From NCBI GenBank assembly GCA_965153355.1, contig OZ231126.1, positions 2,728,001 through 2,792,000 of the forward strand: DNA of 64,000 nt, in the 5' to 3' direction. Position numbers and translations under genes: made by a program. This stretch comes from Flaccisagitta enflata (lineage: Eukaryota). Of the stretch, positions 44,001-57,500 are shown in pieces (positions within the stretch are counted from its first letter, which is position 1; every line of letters starts with the position of its first letter). Below the pieces are notes generated by a model. The model searched no databases and was not told the DNA's origin. It saw only the letters and a program-made list of their open reading frames with translations.

Positions 44001-47000
44001 CCCCCGCTTGACCATCTGGGCCCTACATCAGCTCTCCCGGGCCTGATTTTGGCCCTCCAAGCTCTTGAACTAGCCCTTCCAGGCCTAAACTTAGCCTTCC
44101 AGGCCACAATTTAAGCCTCCAGGCCCTAATTTAGCCCCCCAGACTTCAAATCAGCCCTCAAGGCCACAAAAATCCCTACAGACCTCAAATCAGCCGTCCA
44201 ACTCTCAAATCCGCCCTTCAGGCCCATATCCTGCTCTCCAGGCCTCAAATATGCCCTTTAGGCTTCAAGCCTGCCCCCCCCCCCACCTCAAGGCCTTTTC
44301 AGGCAAAAAATCTGCCCTCCAGACCTCATATCCATCTTCAATAACCTCCATCAGTCTTCTTAGGCCTGAGATACTCCCCTTGCAGGACGTCGGGAAATTC
44401 CCCCCTGTGTCCTACAGGACATGGGCCCTTTGGGTCCACTGCCCTTCTCTCACTCCACTACTTCCCTTGATCACTGCAAGCAGGGCAATCGTTACCGCTG
44501 ACCATGTACGATCCTTGGATGACTAGTTATGTATGTTTGAGTGTTGGGGGTGGGTTGGGGTGCGGATGGGGGTTGGATGCCCCTGCCCACCCGTCCGCAA
44601 CAATATTGTGACCCCGCGTCACTTGTTTTTCCTTTTTTCTCTACCTTGGGCCCAAATATTAACCTGAAGGCCCAAATCATTGTCTCCCTAATTCAGCGGA
44701 ATTGCTATAAAACGGTTGCCAAATTACCGCTCCTATCCAGTCTACATCCGAGCAGTACAATGCTAAGAAATTTGCATGGCTCACAATTGATAGTTATTAA
44801 AGGGTCCTCTGAAATTAATGATGATATGTATAGCACATTGTACTTACTTAGAGGTTGTAACATTCCCATGAGGATACACACAACAATGATGCCAAGCGCC
44901 GAGAGAGAAACAATCTTCAAACGTCGATATACCGGGTTTGTTTGCTGAGAGCCATCACCATCACTCATTTTTGGAAGGCATGGGAGACAACCGCATTCTT
45001 GCGACAAACATTTAAAGATAGTATTTCTCCGTGGGGTTTTAGGTTCCTGACTTCCTGCCTCATAAATCATCATGCGTGAGGATTTAGATGATTGCCCCAA
45101 AACATCATCTTTCAAATCATCAAGTTGGTACCAATCATCCGTTTCTGATTCATGTGCTAAGCGGGGTGAATAAGCTTTTGCTTTAGACAATCCTGTGGCT
45201 TCTTTGTCTTGAAAGAAATTCGATGAATCAAGAAAGAATTTGACGATTGTTTTGTTATCATGTCTCCAGACTTGAGTGATGTCTTTCTGGAACCTAGTAC
45301 CATTTGATCTGTTAATTAGCAGTACAATGGGACTAATGATAATAGTCCTTTGAAGTGCTAAAGACAGAGCCAATGACTCAGGAGGAGTTGGCCAAATGTT
45401 TAAGGTGGCACTTTTTCCAAGACACTGTTTCTCTAAGGATGAAACCTTTTCCAAAGAGACGGACATGGATACATCATCAGAGAGATTTTGCAAGTGCTGC
45501 CTATCTATGGAGGATTTATCATGGTACAAGATATTGATCCTGTCAGATCCATGAACGTGGTACATCTCTCTTGTACTTAACACTAGTTCTGATGTTTTAG
45601 CAAAGCGATTGACTAAATCGCAATGTATGAACTGTATGGGGAGAAAGCCAAAGATTGGAACTGGTTTTAATGCGGTGTTGACTATGCAGGTCAGAGAGGT
45701 CATGGCTCGAGATATGGCGAGCATGAGGTGGAAAGGATTAGCAAAGCATGAGGCCAAGTCGACAATTAAGACCAAGCATGGATATTGGCAACCATTTATT
45801 TCGATAGGATCTCCAAAATCTACGAGGCAATTTGGAGTTTTGTTTGCGATTCTCATTTGAAGGTCATCTGTGAATGTGTCACTCATTATGCAGGATACCA
45901 TGATTCTGCTTTTCCCTCTCGACATTTCTGTCAGTTCCCTCTCACAAACTGTCAAGAAAGCATTTCGCTCACTTGATTCGTCCTTTACAACTTCAATTCT
46001 TACTTTATCTCCATGGTTTTCAATTATTGACTGGGGAGACAAGATTCTATTGACTTCATAACCAGGAGCTGCTTCACCAAAAGACCGTAGAAAATCAGTG
46101 ACTTGCTTAGAGCAGCGTAGGTTTCCTGTCAGTGTAGCTGGTGTTAGATTGCCTCTCAGGAAATGGAAGGAAAATTTCACTTGTGATTGCTCAGCTCGAA
46201 GAGAAGCCAGTGAAGTGTGGCGGTGATATGGTGAAATGTGAATATGCTCATCCCAAAGAATCAAATCTGGCCAGGCTTGGTCCTTGTGAAATTCATTCTC
46301 ATCTCCTATCCGAAGTTGGTCAGATGGACTGAATTGATTATTCATCCATTCTCTCAGTTTCACATGACCAGACGGTATTACTATGAACAAATTTCCATCA
46401 GATTTGATCTTTAAAAACCGTTTAGCAATTTCGATAAGAAGTAATGTTTTCCCACTTCCTGGGCAGCCATTAACCAGCAGTTGCACAGTTTTGTTTTGAT
46501 AAAGTGCTTGGGTTACTTCATCCAGGATCTTTTTTTGCTGCTTTGTCCACACAATAACTCCCTTCTGACCCAGTTCTTGCGTGGACAAACGCTCATGGAA
46601 GGGCAAAAGATTGATGCTCGCCATATTCTGAAGAATGTACAACTTGGCAGCAAATTGACGAAATGCTTGCAGCTGTTTTGCTGATGATGAATGCATTATG
46701 GGTATCTTGATGGCTTCATGAAGCATCTTAAGATCCTCAGTTTGTAATGCATCTCTGAGAATAACCCTTTGTAAAACCCCCTGAGATTTGTGTTTTGGTT
46801 TTTCAATTTTGGGAACCTCTGCTCCAAGAATGATGTGGATTAATTTGAAGCTGCACAATCTTACTGCTGTCGGATGGATACTGCTGGCAAGTTTCATCTT
46901 GTTTTGCAGTTGTATCTTCGTAACTTGTTTGCTGGGATGTTCACTGATGGAAATCACAAAGATTCCCACTGGTTCAAAAACCACAACCATGTCGAATATC

Positions 47001-48013
47001 TGACTCCAAATATTGGAGATTAATTCAACCCATTCCCTGGAGATAGGTGAACTATCCTCTGACATGGAAACATTTTTAAGACCATCATGAAATGCATCCG
47101 GTGAATGATTGGTCATCAGCGCAATTCTGTGTTGGTTTTTTCTGTCATTCTTGACAAAAGTGTTGAGATGCGTCTTGACAGCATCAAAGATCTTTTGTTT
47201 GGCGCACAAGAATGCATAATCCTTATCCTCCTCACTTCTAGCACTGGTCACAAGAGGAATAGCAATGGGGCACTGAATATCTGGCAAAACTTGCAATTTT
47301 CCTTTGGTCCAATCAGGATAGAAAGCTTCTATAGTGGACACTACAGCTGGATCACTGAGAGATTTGCTTTCCTCAGATCCAGGTATCCTCAGTAATAGAT
47401 CATGTGATTTATTACCCTGAGCGAGCATCCAGTCACCAACAAAATGTTGGCAATTTTTGCTGATCAGATCGTAATTCTCTTGATCCAAGTTAAGCACTTT
47501 GACAATAGCCTCAACATCAGCCAGTGTGTTGACCAAACATGTCTCAAAACCTTCAGTGCCACACTCCTTGGTGGCTCCACGCTCCTGGCCAGAGACGTAG
47601 CACTTTAGCACCTCCACGCCTGATGATGACAGGGCATTGTTGATGTTAAAATCATCATCATTGTCATCCGAGTATTGGCAAATGAGCCCTTGTGTATCTC
47701 TCTCAAGTGACAGGACAGATGTATCGCCATTTTTCCAATCCATAAGTCTTAAGACAATAAACTCGTGGAAGAGGCCATGGTTTTCTGTGTGTGGGGCATT
47801 CCAGATTAGCCCACCAATGCGTCCAAGTGCGTGTAAGGGGGATCTGATTCGGTGCCAGGCTATGATTTTTTTGTTTCTGACCATAGTTTCAATCTTCCAC
47901 CGCCAAAAACGTTCATTAGGGGTAGAAAATTCGCTGCATGTCGAAAATTCATCACGATTGTGTTTATCGCGGTAGTAATGGCGGTGGTAAGTGTAGATTC
48001 GAAAACTAGCCAT
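39646..48013 (-). CDS. Predicted ~1700-aa type II membrane protein: permuted papain-like peptidase + NERD-like + Schlafen-like SF1 helicase + TM + 8 EGF + Kelch propeller. Exons: 48013-44848, 42776-42663, 42548-42435, 42323-42210, 42105-41992, 41881-41768, 41660-41547, 41436-41323, 41215-41108, 40676-39646
   Basis: All nine introns are GT-AG and phase 1. Exon sum is 5103 nt = 1701 codons including the stop. The junction between exon 1 and the first EGF exon is inferred from a GTAAGT donor right after the TM helix. Confidence 0.7.
41108..42776 (-). CDS. Eight tandem Notch-like (calcium-binding-type) EGF exons
   Basis: Seven 114-nt exons and one 108-nt exon, all phase 1-1, e.g. [38 protein letters not shown]. 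Confidence 0.92.
43781..44628 (+). mobile_element. HINE with a nested family B element, inside intron 1 of the chimeric gene
   Basis: ttttagttgcggacacgcaact start; inner gggcagcggctcc...gatgactagtt; end ccgtccgcaac...cacttgtt. Confidence 0.7.
44848..48013 (-). CDS. Exon 1: peptidase-like + NERD-like + SF1 helicase + TM
   Basis: HEFIVL (H83)...SLER...[11 protein letters not shown] (C188); [19 protein letters not shown]; Walker A GCPGSGKT (aa 516); Walker B ILWDE; LTGNLRC; INGCQY; LAISRA; TM segment [23 protein letters not shown]. Confidence 0.88.
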
Positions 48014-48272
48014 TTTGGCCTATTTGGATACCTTATATTGAATTTTTTTCACTCTGTCCGTGGTAGATGATTAGATGCGGAAAACTTGGAAATTGTCAGC
48101 GTTGAAAACATTCTTTTCTTTTCAAAACAAAAATCGTTTTCGGGAATTTTCTTAGGAACTGACGGTATAAAAAAAAGTTAGAAGAACTTGGAAAGGAAGT
48201 AAACGTGTCGGGCAAGTTTTGAAAATGATCGATAAACTTTGAAACAAAGAATCGAAATTGACTGATCATCAT

Positions 48273-48407
<135 letters not shown>

Positions 48408-49037
48408 AAACCTTATTCGATACCCTCCTTAGAACATTATGTCTAGCCAAGCATTGTTTTGTCTTCCGCTTCAAAGTATCGTTGAGAATGGTTTTTCATA
48501 AGCCTACAGAATCGCACTGACGTGAGATGGAGTTAACGAGTGGAATCAATGACCATCTTCCCCGTAGATTCATGGCACTACCTATTCCAAAGCAACTGAA
48601 CGACTGTATTGGGGTGGGTGGGCAAGGTCAGCTACTTGGCGGGTGGACAGGGTCAGCGATGAAGCGGCCAGGAGAGACAGGACCAAAGCCACGTATGATC
48701 AACGCACCAACTTACAAATTGTGTCCTATAGTGCACGCAACTTGGGAGAATTTCTCGTGGAAATAAGACCAGATACTTGGCTAGCCCAGTCGGGTGAAGA
48801 TGCCTAGGGTCAGTGACAGTGAGGTAGGAGGCTTCTAAAGCATTTTTGCTGTGGCAGCAATGCCGACTCAGCTCAGAGGTGACAAGGGTGAAGGACGGGT
48901 AAGCGGAAGGACATACGGATGAATGGATGGACCGACGAACGGACAGGCGGACAGTTAGATGAAAATCGGACAGAAGAACGGCAGTGACCATTGGCCAGGT
49001 TCAAAATTGTCCCACAATCCTTTCGCGAGCAATCCAG

Positions 49038-49099
<62 letters not shown>

Positions 49100-49101
49100 G
49101 C

Positions 49102-49183
<82 letters not shown>

Positions 49184-49371
49184 GCTTCAGTCTGTCCGTC
49201 GATCAGTCGGTCGGTAACACTTTTATAAAGACCTTTGATCGGTCACATCCATTTGTTCGACCATCCATTCATTCATTCATTCATTCATTCATTCATTCAT
49301 TCATTCATTCATTCATTCATTCATTCATTCATTCATTCATTCAGGCATTCAGGCATTCAGGCATTAATTCA

Positions 49372-49722
49372 TAGGCCTGTATATAGTTGCGTATTTCCCC
49401 CCCCCCCTCCCCCAGCAGGGGAGAATAAAGTCAAAGGATTTGGAAATGGGGAAGGAAATAAAAGGGTGGAAAAATGAAAAGATGAAAAATATAGAAGATT
49501 TTACCCTTTTGGCAGTACTAAAATGTAATATTTAGGTACACCAACACTATTTTATACTATTCAATTCAATATATTACTATAAAAGGAGTATATGGGGAAG
49601 AAAATCAAATGTAATTCGACCCCGCGGGGAAGAAAATCAAATGTAATTCGACCCCGCGGGGAAGAAAATCAAAGGACCAGGGGGGGGGGGAAGAAATCAA
49701 AGGTCGTGCAACTACACCCCTG
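49372..49722. mobile_element. hAT MITE (related to 4921-5248, opposite orientation)
   Basis: Perfect 8-bp TSD ttaattca; termini taggcctgtatatagttg / caactacacccctg. Confidence 0.85.
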
Positions 49723-49915
49723 TTAATTCATTCATCAGCGCGTCAGAAAACAGGTCTGTAGGAGCCTAAGAGGTCATATGAGATCAATGGTTGCTTGGTC
49801 GGTTGGTCAGTCATTTGGTCACGTTAACATTTAAATCGCGAAATCCGGGGATGTTTGAGCGAAAAAGCAGCACAAATATGTTTCACTATTTTTTTTCTCA
49901 TTTAATCAATCATTC

Positions 49916-50500
<585 letters not shown>

Positions 50501-50777
50501 TGTGTTAACCTTAGTGCATTACTGAGGGTGTGTTTCTGGTGACGAAAACAATCGCGAGTACCCCTCGTTAATTGCATTTTCAGTTCGAACATGATTGTTA
50601 ACTGTCATTAAGAAGTGGTATACCCCAGGAACCTGTTTTAATCTACCAAATGCTCAAACTGAATGTTGAATGTAAAAGAAATAAAGACCATTGTTCACTG
50701 TTCAGTGTTGCGGAAACTCTTGTGAAAATTGATGCGCAAGTACAAGTTTACAACAGAAACAACTACTATTAAGATAC

Positions 50778-52720
50778 CAAGGATGTCACGAACCTATCGA
50801 CTGGTCGATTAATCGGGCCGATTTTTTGCGTTTCAGAATAATTTTCCTGAGTCACAAAACTCATATGTATTGGGTTGATTTTTTGTCTTTTTTTCTCTGG
50901 CTAGCATAGATTCGATTTGACGATAAAACTGATTTATATCTTGCATTATAAGTAAGAAAAAGCTCAAAAATTGAATTCTTTTAATATGGAATATTAACAA
51001 TTCAAATCTAAATGTTAGTAAAATGCATTGCATAAGTAGAAGATCGTAGAAAATCGCGGAACCCGGGCGATTGGATGGCAGTGTGGGACAAACACGCCCC
51101 AAAACAAAAGCTTGTTTACACCTACCTAAGATTGTAACGCACAAAGAGCAACTTTTTGCTTTTACAGTACGATGGGAGCAAAGACGACCTAGACAGCACG
51201 CCACGGGAGAAACCTCTGCAGGCTGTATTAAATACTCGGTTGTAACGGCCACTGGTTTTGAGATGAGGCAGACTTCCTCTATCTTTTCCCATTCGAAATA
51301 AAAGAAATGCCCTTTAAAATTTGTTGAAAATCAACAATATATAGCTCTTTAACAATGTTTTTTGCCATGAATATTTTCACATAAAAATTTTGTAGGTTTC
51401 GAGTAGAGATTCGCATTCCTGGTAAAATTTCCAGTCGTTTGATAGGTCGCAATATATATTTCTGCTGTGAAATAAAAAAGTCCAATTTTCTTACAACACA
51501 AGATAACAACATTACACTTATGACAACCAACAGTAATGTAGGACAATATTGAACTTTTTTGTCTCTTAATAAAAACATATAGTGCGACCTATCAAATGAA
51601 TGGAAATTCTACAAGGGATATGATTCTTTTACAAAGAATTAAGATGGGCTCTCGCCATTCAACTTATCTGGCAAAATGTATCAGATATGACACATTTTGT
51701 TGATTTAAAAAAAATTTTGAAGGGGAATATTTTTCTCTTCAGTACCAAGTGATAAAATAGACCTCCCTGAAGCCCAAACCACTCGCCGTCATGACTGAGC
51801 ATTTTTCTTGACCTATGAAAGCCTCCCCCGTAGCGTGACAGGAGAATAGATTATATATATCTTAATTTTAATTAATTCTTTTAAAAAATGTGATCTATGC
51901 TAATTAAAAGTTGAATTTTGTTTGAACATATTTGGTTCTCTTATTTTCAAACTTGTGACTCGATTTCATCAAAACTTCATTTTTCAATGTTTTAACCTAG
52001 CTCATCAGACTAGGCAGAAAATATCATATATGAAAAAGAAATCAACTCAATTGAACCATTTTTTAAGCTTTGTTAAAATGCTGATTTACATTAGTGTTCC
52101 ATTTAAAAAATAACTCTATAAACCTGTAAAAATAGTCTAATTGAACTTGTTTTTTAAAATCATATGAAATATTTAACCCTATTTGATAAACTAAGTTAGA
52201 ATGTTGAAAAATGAAGTCCTAATGAAATGAAGTCGCAAGTTGGAAAATGAAATAGATTTATATATTCAAGCAATAAAGCAACCTTTGATAAATATAGAAA
52301 TCAATTCTATTATAAATCAATGGAATTAGAACACTTATAATCTATCCTCCGATCTAGGTTGTCTTTGCTCCCATGGTACTGTAGATGGAAGATATCGCGA
52401 TCTTGTCTCATCCAAAAATTCCCCCATTTTGGGAAACAGCCTTTGAGTATGTGCTTGAAGTGATGGGAAATCTTGCAAAATGAATGAAAAACGCAGTTGT
52501 CTCTCCTGATTAGTTTGTGCTTATTGGCTCTTTTTTCTATTTTCATAACATTAGCTTACAAAACATTTTGCTGTGACCGAGTAATATTTTTACTTGGTAA
52601 AATATTTAACTGGCAAAACAATCAACCTATGGTCGATTTTAAGTCGATTTTTTGGGGGTGTTCGACCATGATTCGTTCGACCTGGTCGATTTTTTAAATC
52701 AATAGTTCGTGAAACTTCTG
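50778..52720. mobile_element. hAT-type non-autonomous element
   Basis: Termini caaggatgtcacgaac / gttcgtgaaacttctg; TSD taagatac / aaagatac (7 of 8); subterminal ggtcgatt repeats. Confidence 0.7.
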
Positions 52721-52884
52721 AAAGATACAATACAAAAGGAAAAAAAAGATAGAAATGATGCTACAAACGTGATGTAGTTCAATTTTTTAACTGTAAAAAT
52801 GTCGATATTTTCATTCTGATATGAAAACAATCAGTTATTGATGAAGCAATGATTTGGAAAGAAAAGAGTTGAGAAGTGGTAACT

Positions 52885-53478
52885 TACTATCTTGGAAAAA
52901 ATAAAAGTCCAAGCTGGATAAAGGAAAGATTTGATTTCGAATTTGATAAAAGAATGATCATTTTTACTAGCCTACTATTTAAAATAACCTTTTTAGAGTT
53001 TAGAAATTGCTTGTATCTGTAAGGGCATGCCTTAGTAAAGAGTATAATGCCATTTTGAAGTACATTCCCTCCACACAATTTGTTTGCAATTTCTGAGAAT
53101 CAACATTCTGACTCTTTTTGATCTAGAACCCAAACAAAAAAAGCTAGGAGTCTCTGCTTGGGGGCAATAAATAGCCCTGATCAAGAGTTTCAAAATGGTC
53201 ACCAATTTTCCTTTCAAATTTTGCATATCAAAGCGACACTGTAACAAAACGTCATGCATTCATATTCTATCCAAGTTTTTTGTCTATTTCCTGAAATCAA
53301 CATGTTTACTTATTTTGATGTAAAATCTAAACAAACAAAGCATTGAGTCTCAGCTTGGCGCCATTTGCTAGCCCTGTTTATTGGCTTCATTTTGGTCACC
53401 AATTTTCATATCAAACCATGTATATCAAAGCTGTAATATGATTAAACGTCCTGGACTTTTATTTTTTCCTAGATAGTA
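52885..53478. mobile_element. TIR element (tactatct...agatagta family) directly downstream of the KDM2-like stop codon
   Basis: tactatcttggaaaaaataaaagtcca / tggactttttattttttcctagatagta. Confidence 0.7.
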
Positions 53479-53489
53479 CAGACAATCAA

Positions 53490-54501
53490 TCAAGAAAAAT
53501 AATACTTGTGGCTTCCTACACTGTCTTGTTGAAACCTCCAAGATGCCAATTCTTTCTCTTTTACAAATTCATGAAATTTGATCGAAGTGACGCGAAAACA
53601 AAAGGACAAATCGAGATGGCGCAACCGCGTCAATTCGACGAGCAACTCCAAAACACGATTGTCCAAGTTGGAATTGCCCGCCAACACGAGACTCTGGAGC
53701 GTATGTCGAAGTGGAGACGACTTCTTCTCTTCCTCATCCTCTTCTTCATCCTCATCTTCCTCATCCTCCTCTTCAACTCCTTCGTCATCAACATCGTCAT
53801 CTGCAGCACTTCGACCGTCGACGAGGGCTTGGATCCCCGCGTTAGTGATCCTCGTGCAGAAGGACACGTCGAGATGCTGCAACATGTTGACAAAATGCGG
53901 CAAAGCCCTCAGTGAGATGTCGGAAATGTTGGTCCGGATGAGAATCAAAGACTTCAGTTGACGGAATCTTGAGTTGACGATTTTAGGATGCAGATGAGGA
54001 TGCGGAAATCCCGTCGAGTCGACGAAAGCGTTGGCGTGACCCGCGTCATAATGATGATTATGATAGGAATGAGAAGCGCGGACGAGGCGTTGGAGGCATC
54101 TGTCATCGAAGCCGTCAACGTCGGTGAGATCGAGATGTTGGAGGAATCGAAGACCTCCTTGGGGAGAAGCGATCATGGCTTCGACGACGACCAAAGGCAA
54201 GCCTCTGAGCTTCAATGCAACCAATCGAGGAATTCGAGGCAGCAGCCAACCAAATTGAAGAGGGTTTAAGATGGACCAGGAAAGATCCAAAGCTTTGGGC
54301 TGTCTACGGACGAGATTCCGGAAATGGGCGCCAACCAACTTCCGGTTGGAAAGGTCGCAAAGACGCCACTTGGAAGCGTCGTGACGCAGGATGGCGGAAT
54401 GCCAATCCTTGGAGACGGTCAAACAGTTGGTCAAGTCGCGGCGAGGTAGATGCCGGAAGATGAAGGGGAGGAGGGCGTGAAGGTTGTTGTTTTTGTTGTT
54501 T

Positions 54502-54587
<86 letters not shown>

Positions 54588-57500
54588 GATTTGGAGATTG
54601 ATGATAGTTTGGTGATTTTCAGTTTCAATGTTCCTCTGGTGATCCATGTTATTTCCTGCTGACTCAATATCCACACTTTCCTGTTCTTCCTCTTCCTTTT
54701 CTTCCTCCTCTGGTTCCCAAGGCCTCACTGGTATCTTCTCAACCACTCCTCGAAGCCTTCTCAACTCTTCCGTCGGAATCTGTCGGTGCTTCACAACGAC
54801 TTCAGCATCTCCACCAACAACCTCGTCATCAACATCCTCCTCCTCTTCCTCCTCCTCTTCATCATCATCATCCTCGTCCATGTCTTCGTCCGCCGACGAC
54901 TCTTCAGCCGCATCCTCGACAATTTCGACAACTTCGACGACACCTTCCAGTCGACGAGCTACTGCATCCTCTTCATTGTCGATCTGGACCACCGCTTTGT
55001 CCTCATCATCCTCGTCGACATTTTCCCCGATTTTCATGTCTCCAAATCTTTTGGCGATTTCTTTTTGCGCCATTTTTATCCATTTTCCTCTTTGAATTTT
55101 TGTCATCATTTTAAGTTTTTGCTTCAAATATTTCTTAGCTTTGTTTGGATTTGCGAGGAAGTCCTCTTGTTCGTTGTTGTCGTTTTGCCGTAAATCATGA
55201 TGCTGTTGATGATGTTGATGTTGATGTCGATGATGTCGTCGATGATTTAGTTGATTTTGCGCGATTGAATGATGACTGTCTCCGTCTGCTATCATCTTTC
55301 GATCCATTTCATTGTCGCTTTTTCTCATCGTGAATTCATCTTCATCATCCTCGATTTCGTTATCCACGCCGTTATCGAGGTTACAAGCGTCATCGGCGTC
55401 GTCATTGAAAGAATCGTTGTCGTCGGCGTCCTTGCCTCCGGCGTCATCTCTTTCCAGCGGCGCCCTTTTCCACGTCATCGGCGTCATAATAGGCGCCACT
55501 TCCGTCGGACTCAAAGCGGAAAACGCGTTGGTTTCAAATGATTTCCTTCTTTTACCACCGGCGCTACTTTTAGAACCGGCGGCTGTTCTCCCGGCGCCGA
55601 AACCTGCATGAATCCGACCGGCGTCAACATCCTCCTCTTCCTCTTCCTCATCACTCGGATCGCTGAATTGAAAGTCGAATTCGTTGCTTCTTTTTACGGC
55701 GCCTTTTCCATCGGCGCTCACCGCGTATTTCTGCTTCTTTCTCTTTACGGCGCTGGAAGTCAATTTTGCTGGTGCAACTGTCGCGGCGCTCTTTTTACCG
55801 GCGCTTTTATTGTCGACGTTGCTTGATGCGGCGGCGTTCTTTTCTATTGTTATCTTGTTTTCTTTGGTCATGTTTTTGCTTTGTTTCTTGACAACCTTTT
55901 TGATATTTTTGGTCGGAGAATCTGATTTTGGTTTTGTTTGAGGATGGGTGTCGGATACAGACGACGATAGTGTTGAAGTGAAAGAGGATGCTGTCGACGA
56001 TAAGGTTGAAGTGAAAGAGGATGCAGACGACGATAATGTGGAAGTAACGGAGGATGCTGTCGACGATAGTGTGAAAGTAAAGGAGGATGCAGTCGTAGAT
56101 GGAGTGGAAATGCCTTCGGAGGCTGATGGTCTACTAACTTCTTCATAAGTGGATGTTCTTTTATCGGATAAATTCGGTGATGATTTTAGCACGTTGATTG
56201 AATCAGAATTTCCTTTTTTATCGCAGTCCAAGCAAATCCAATTACGAGAAACATCAATGTTCTTCATTCCAATCTTGTTGCTGTCGTTGATGTTGCTGTC
56301 ATTGATGTTGCTGTCGTTGATGCTGTTGTTGTCGCGTTTGTCACTTTCGTTTTGTATGACGTTGTCATCGCCGCCATTGATGTCATTGCTGCTGTTTCCG
56401 CTTCTATCGTTGCTGCTGCTGATGTCATTGCTGTCGCTGCTATTTTTGCCGCTGGCCTTGTTACCGTAAAGACATCGTAAAACTTGTTCCAGGGACATCT
56501 CAAACTTTTCCATGATGCAGATGGCGTGCATCCATTGTTTACACTTGCAGCATTGCAGCAGCCGCCATTTGCTTTCTGGAGATATTGCTGCAGCTGCAGT
56601 AGACGCATCTGCAACCGATCCTTGTTCAGTTTCCTCCTTAGCCTCCGCCACTCCTCCTCCTCCTCCTCCAGACTCTTCTTGCTTCTTCTTCAGCTCCATC
56701 TCAACCTCTTTCGTTGCTCCTCCACTCATCAATGTTGTATTTTTCCTCCATAATTTTGAGTAGAAACAAATCTTGCATCGCTTTGTGGTCAACTGTTTGG
56801 TCGGCTGATTGGTAAACGGATTGGTCAGCTGATTAGTTAATTGGTTGGTCAAAAGATTGGTCAACTGATTGGTCGTGGTAGGATTTGTCACAATGTGAGT
56901 GGTCGTCATTGGATTTGATGTAGCCTGTTTGGTTGAGGCGTCTGTAATGATGCTGCTTCCGCCGCCACCGCAAACTCTGCCACCACCTCCACCGACTCCA
57001 TTGGCCGTAAAAATGCCGCCATTCTGCAGTATTGGCGCCGAGCAGCGCCTCATGACGCATGGGCGTTTCAATTTCCCGGAACCGCCAAACTTTTTCATGT
57101 CTTTGCAATAAGGACATTGACCACAATCTGGACGCGTGCAGGCGGAACATTTCTCGCACCGAAGTTTTCTGTGACGTCGCATTTTGATGACCGGCGGCGG
57201 CCCCGGTAGTTGAAGTGGCGCCCCCGATGGTTGAAGTGGCGCCCCTGGTAGTTGAAGTGGCGTCCCCTGTTGTGATGGTGATGGAGCTACGACGCCGGTG
57301 AGAGGAAAGCAACCGGAGGTGGAGATGGAGCCGGTGATCAAATTAGGGTTGGCGCCTGGATTTGAGAGCACGCCGGTTTCACTAACTGATGAGAACTGCT
57401 GAAAGATGTGATTAGAAAGCGCTGGAGCCGATGGCACTGTAAGCGGTTTCAAAGACTCCATTGAAGAGTCTTGTTTAGGCGCCGCAACCGCTGGTGCCAA

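Noticed and set aside
44705-44847. C-terminal ~47 codons of the 1102-aa ORF
   Set aside because: They follow a consensus GTAAGT donor and are treated as intron read-through, although a short isoform cannot be excluded.
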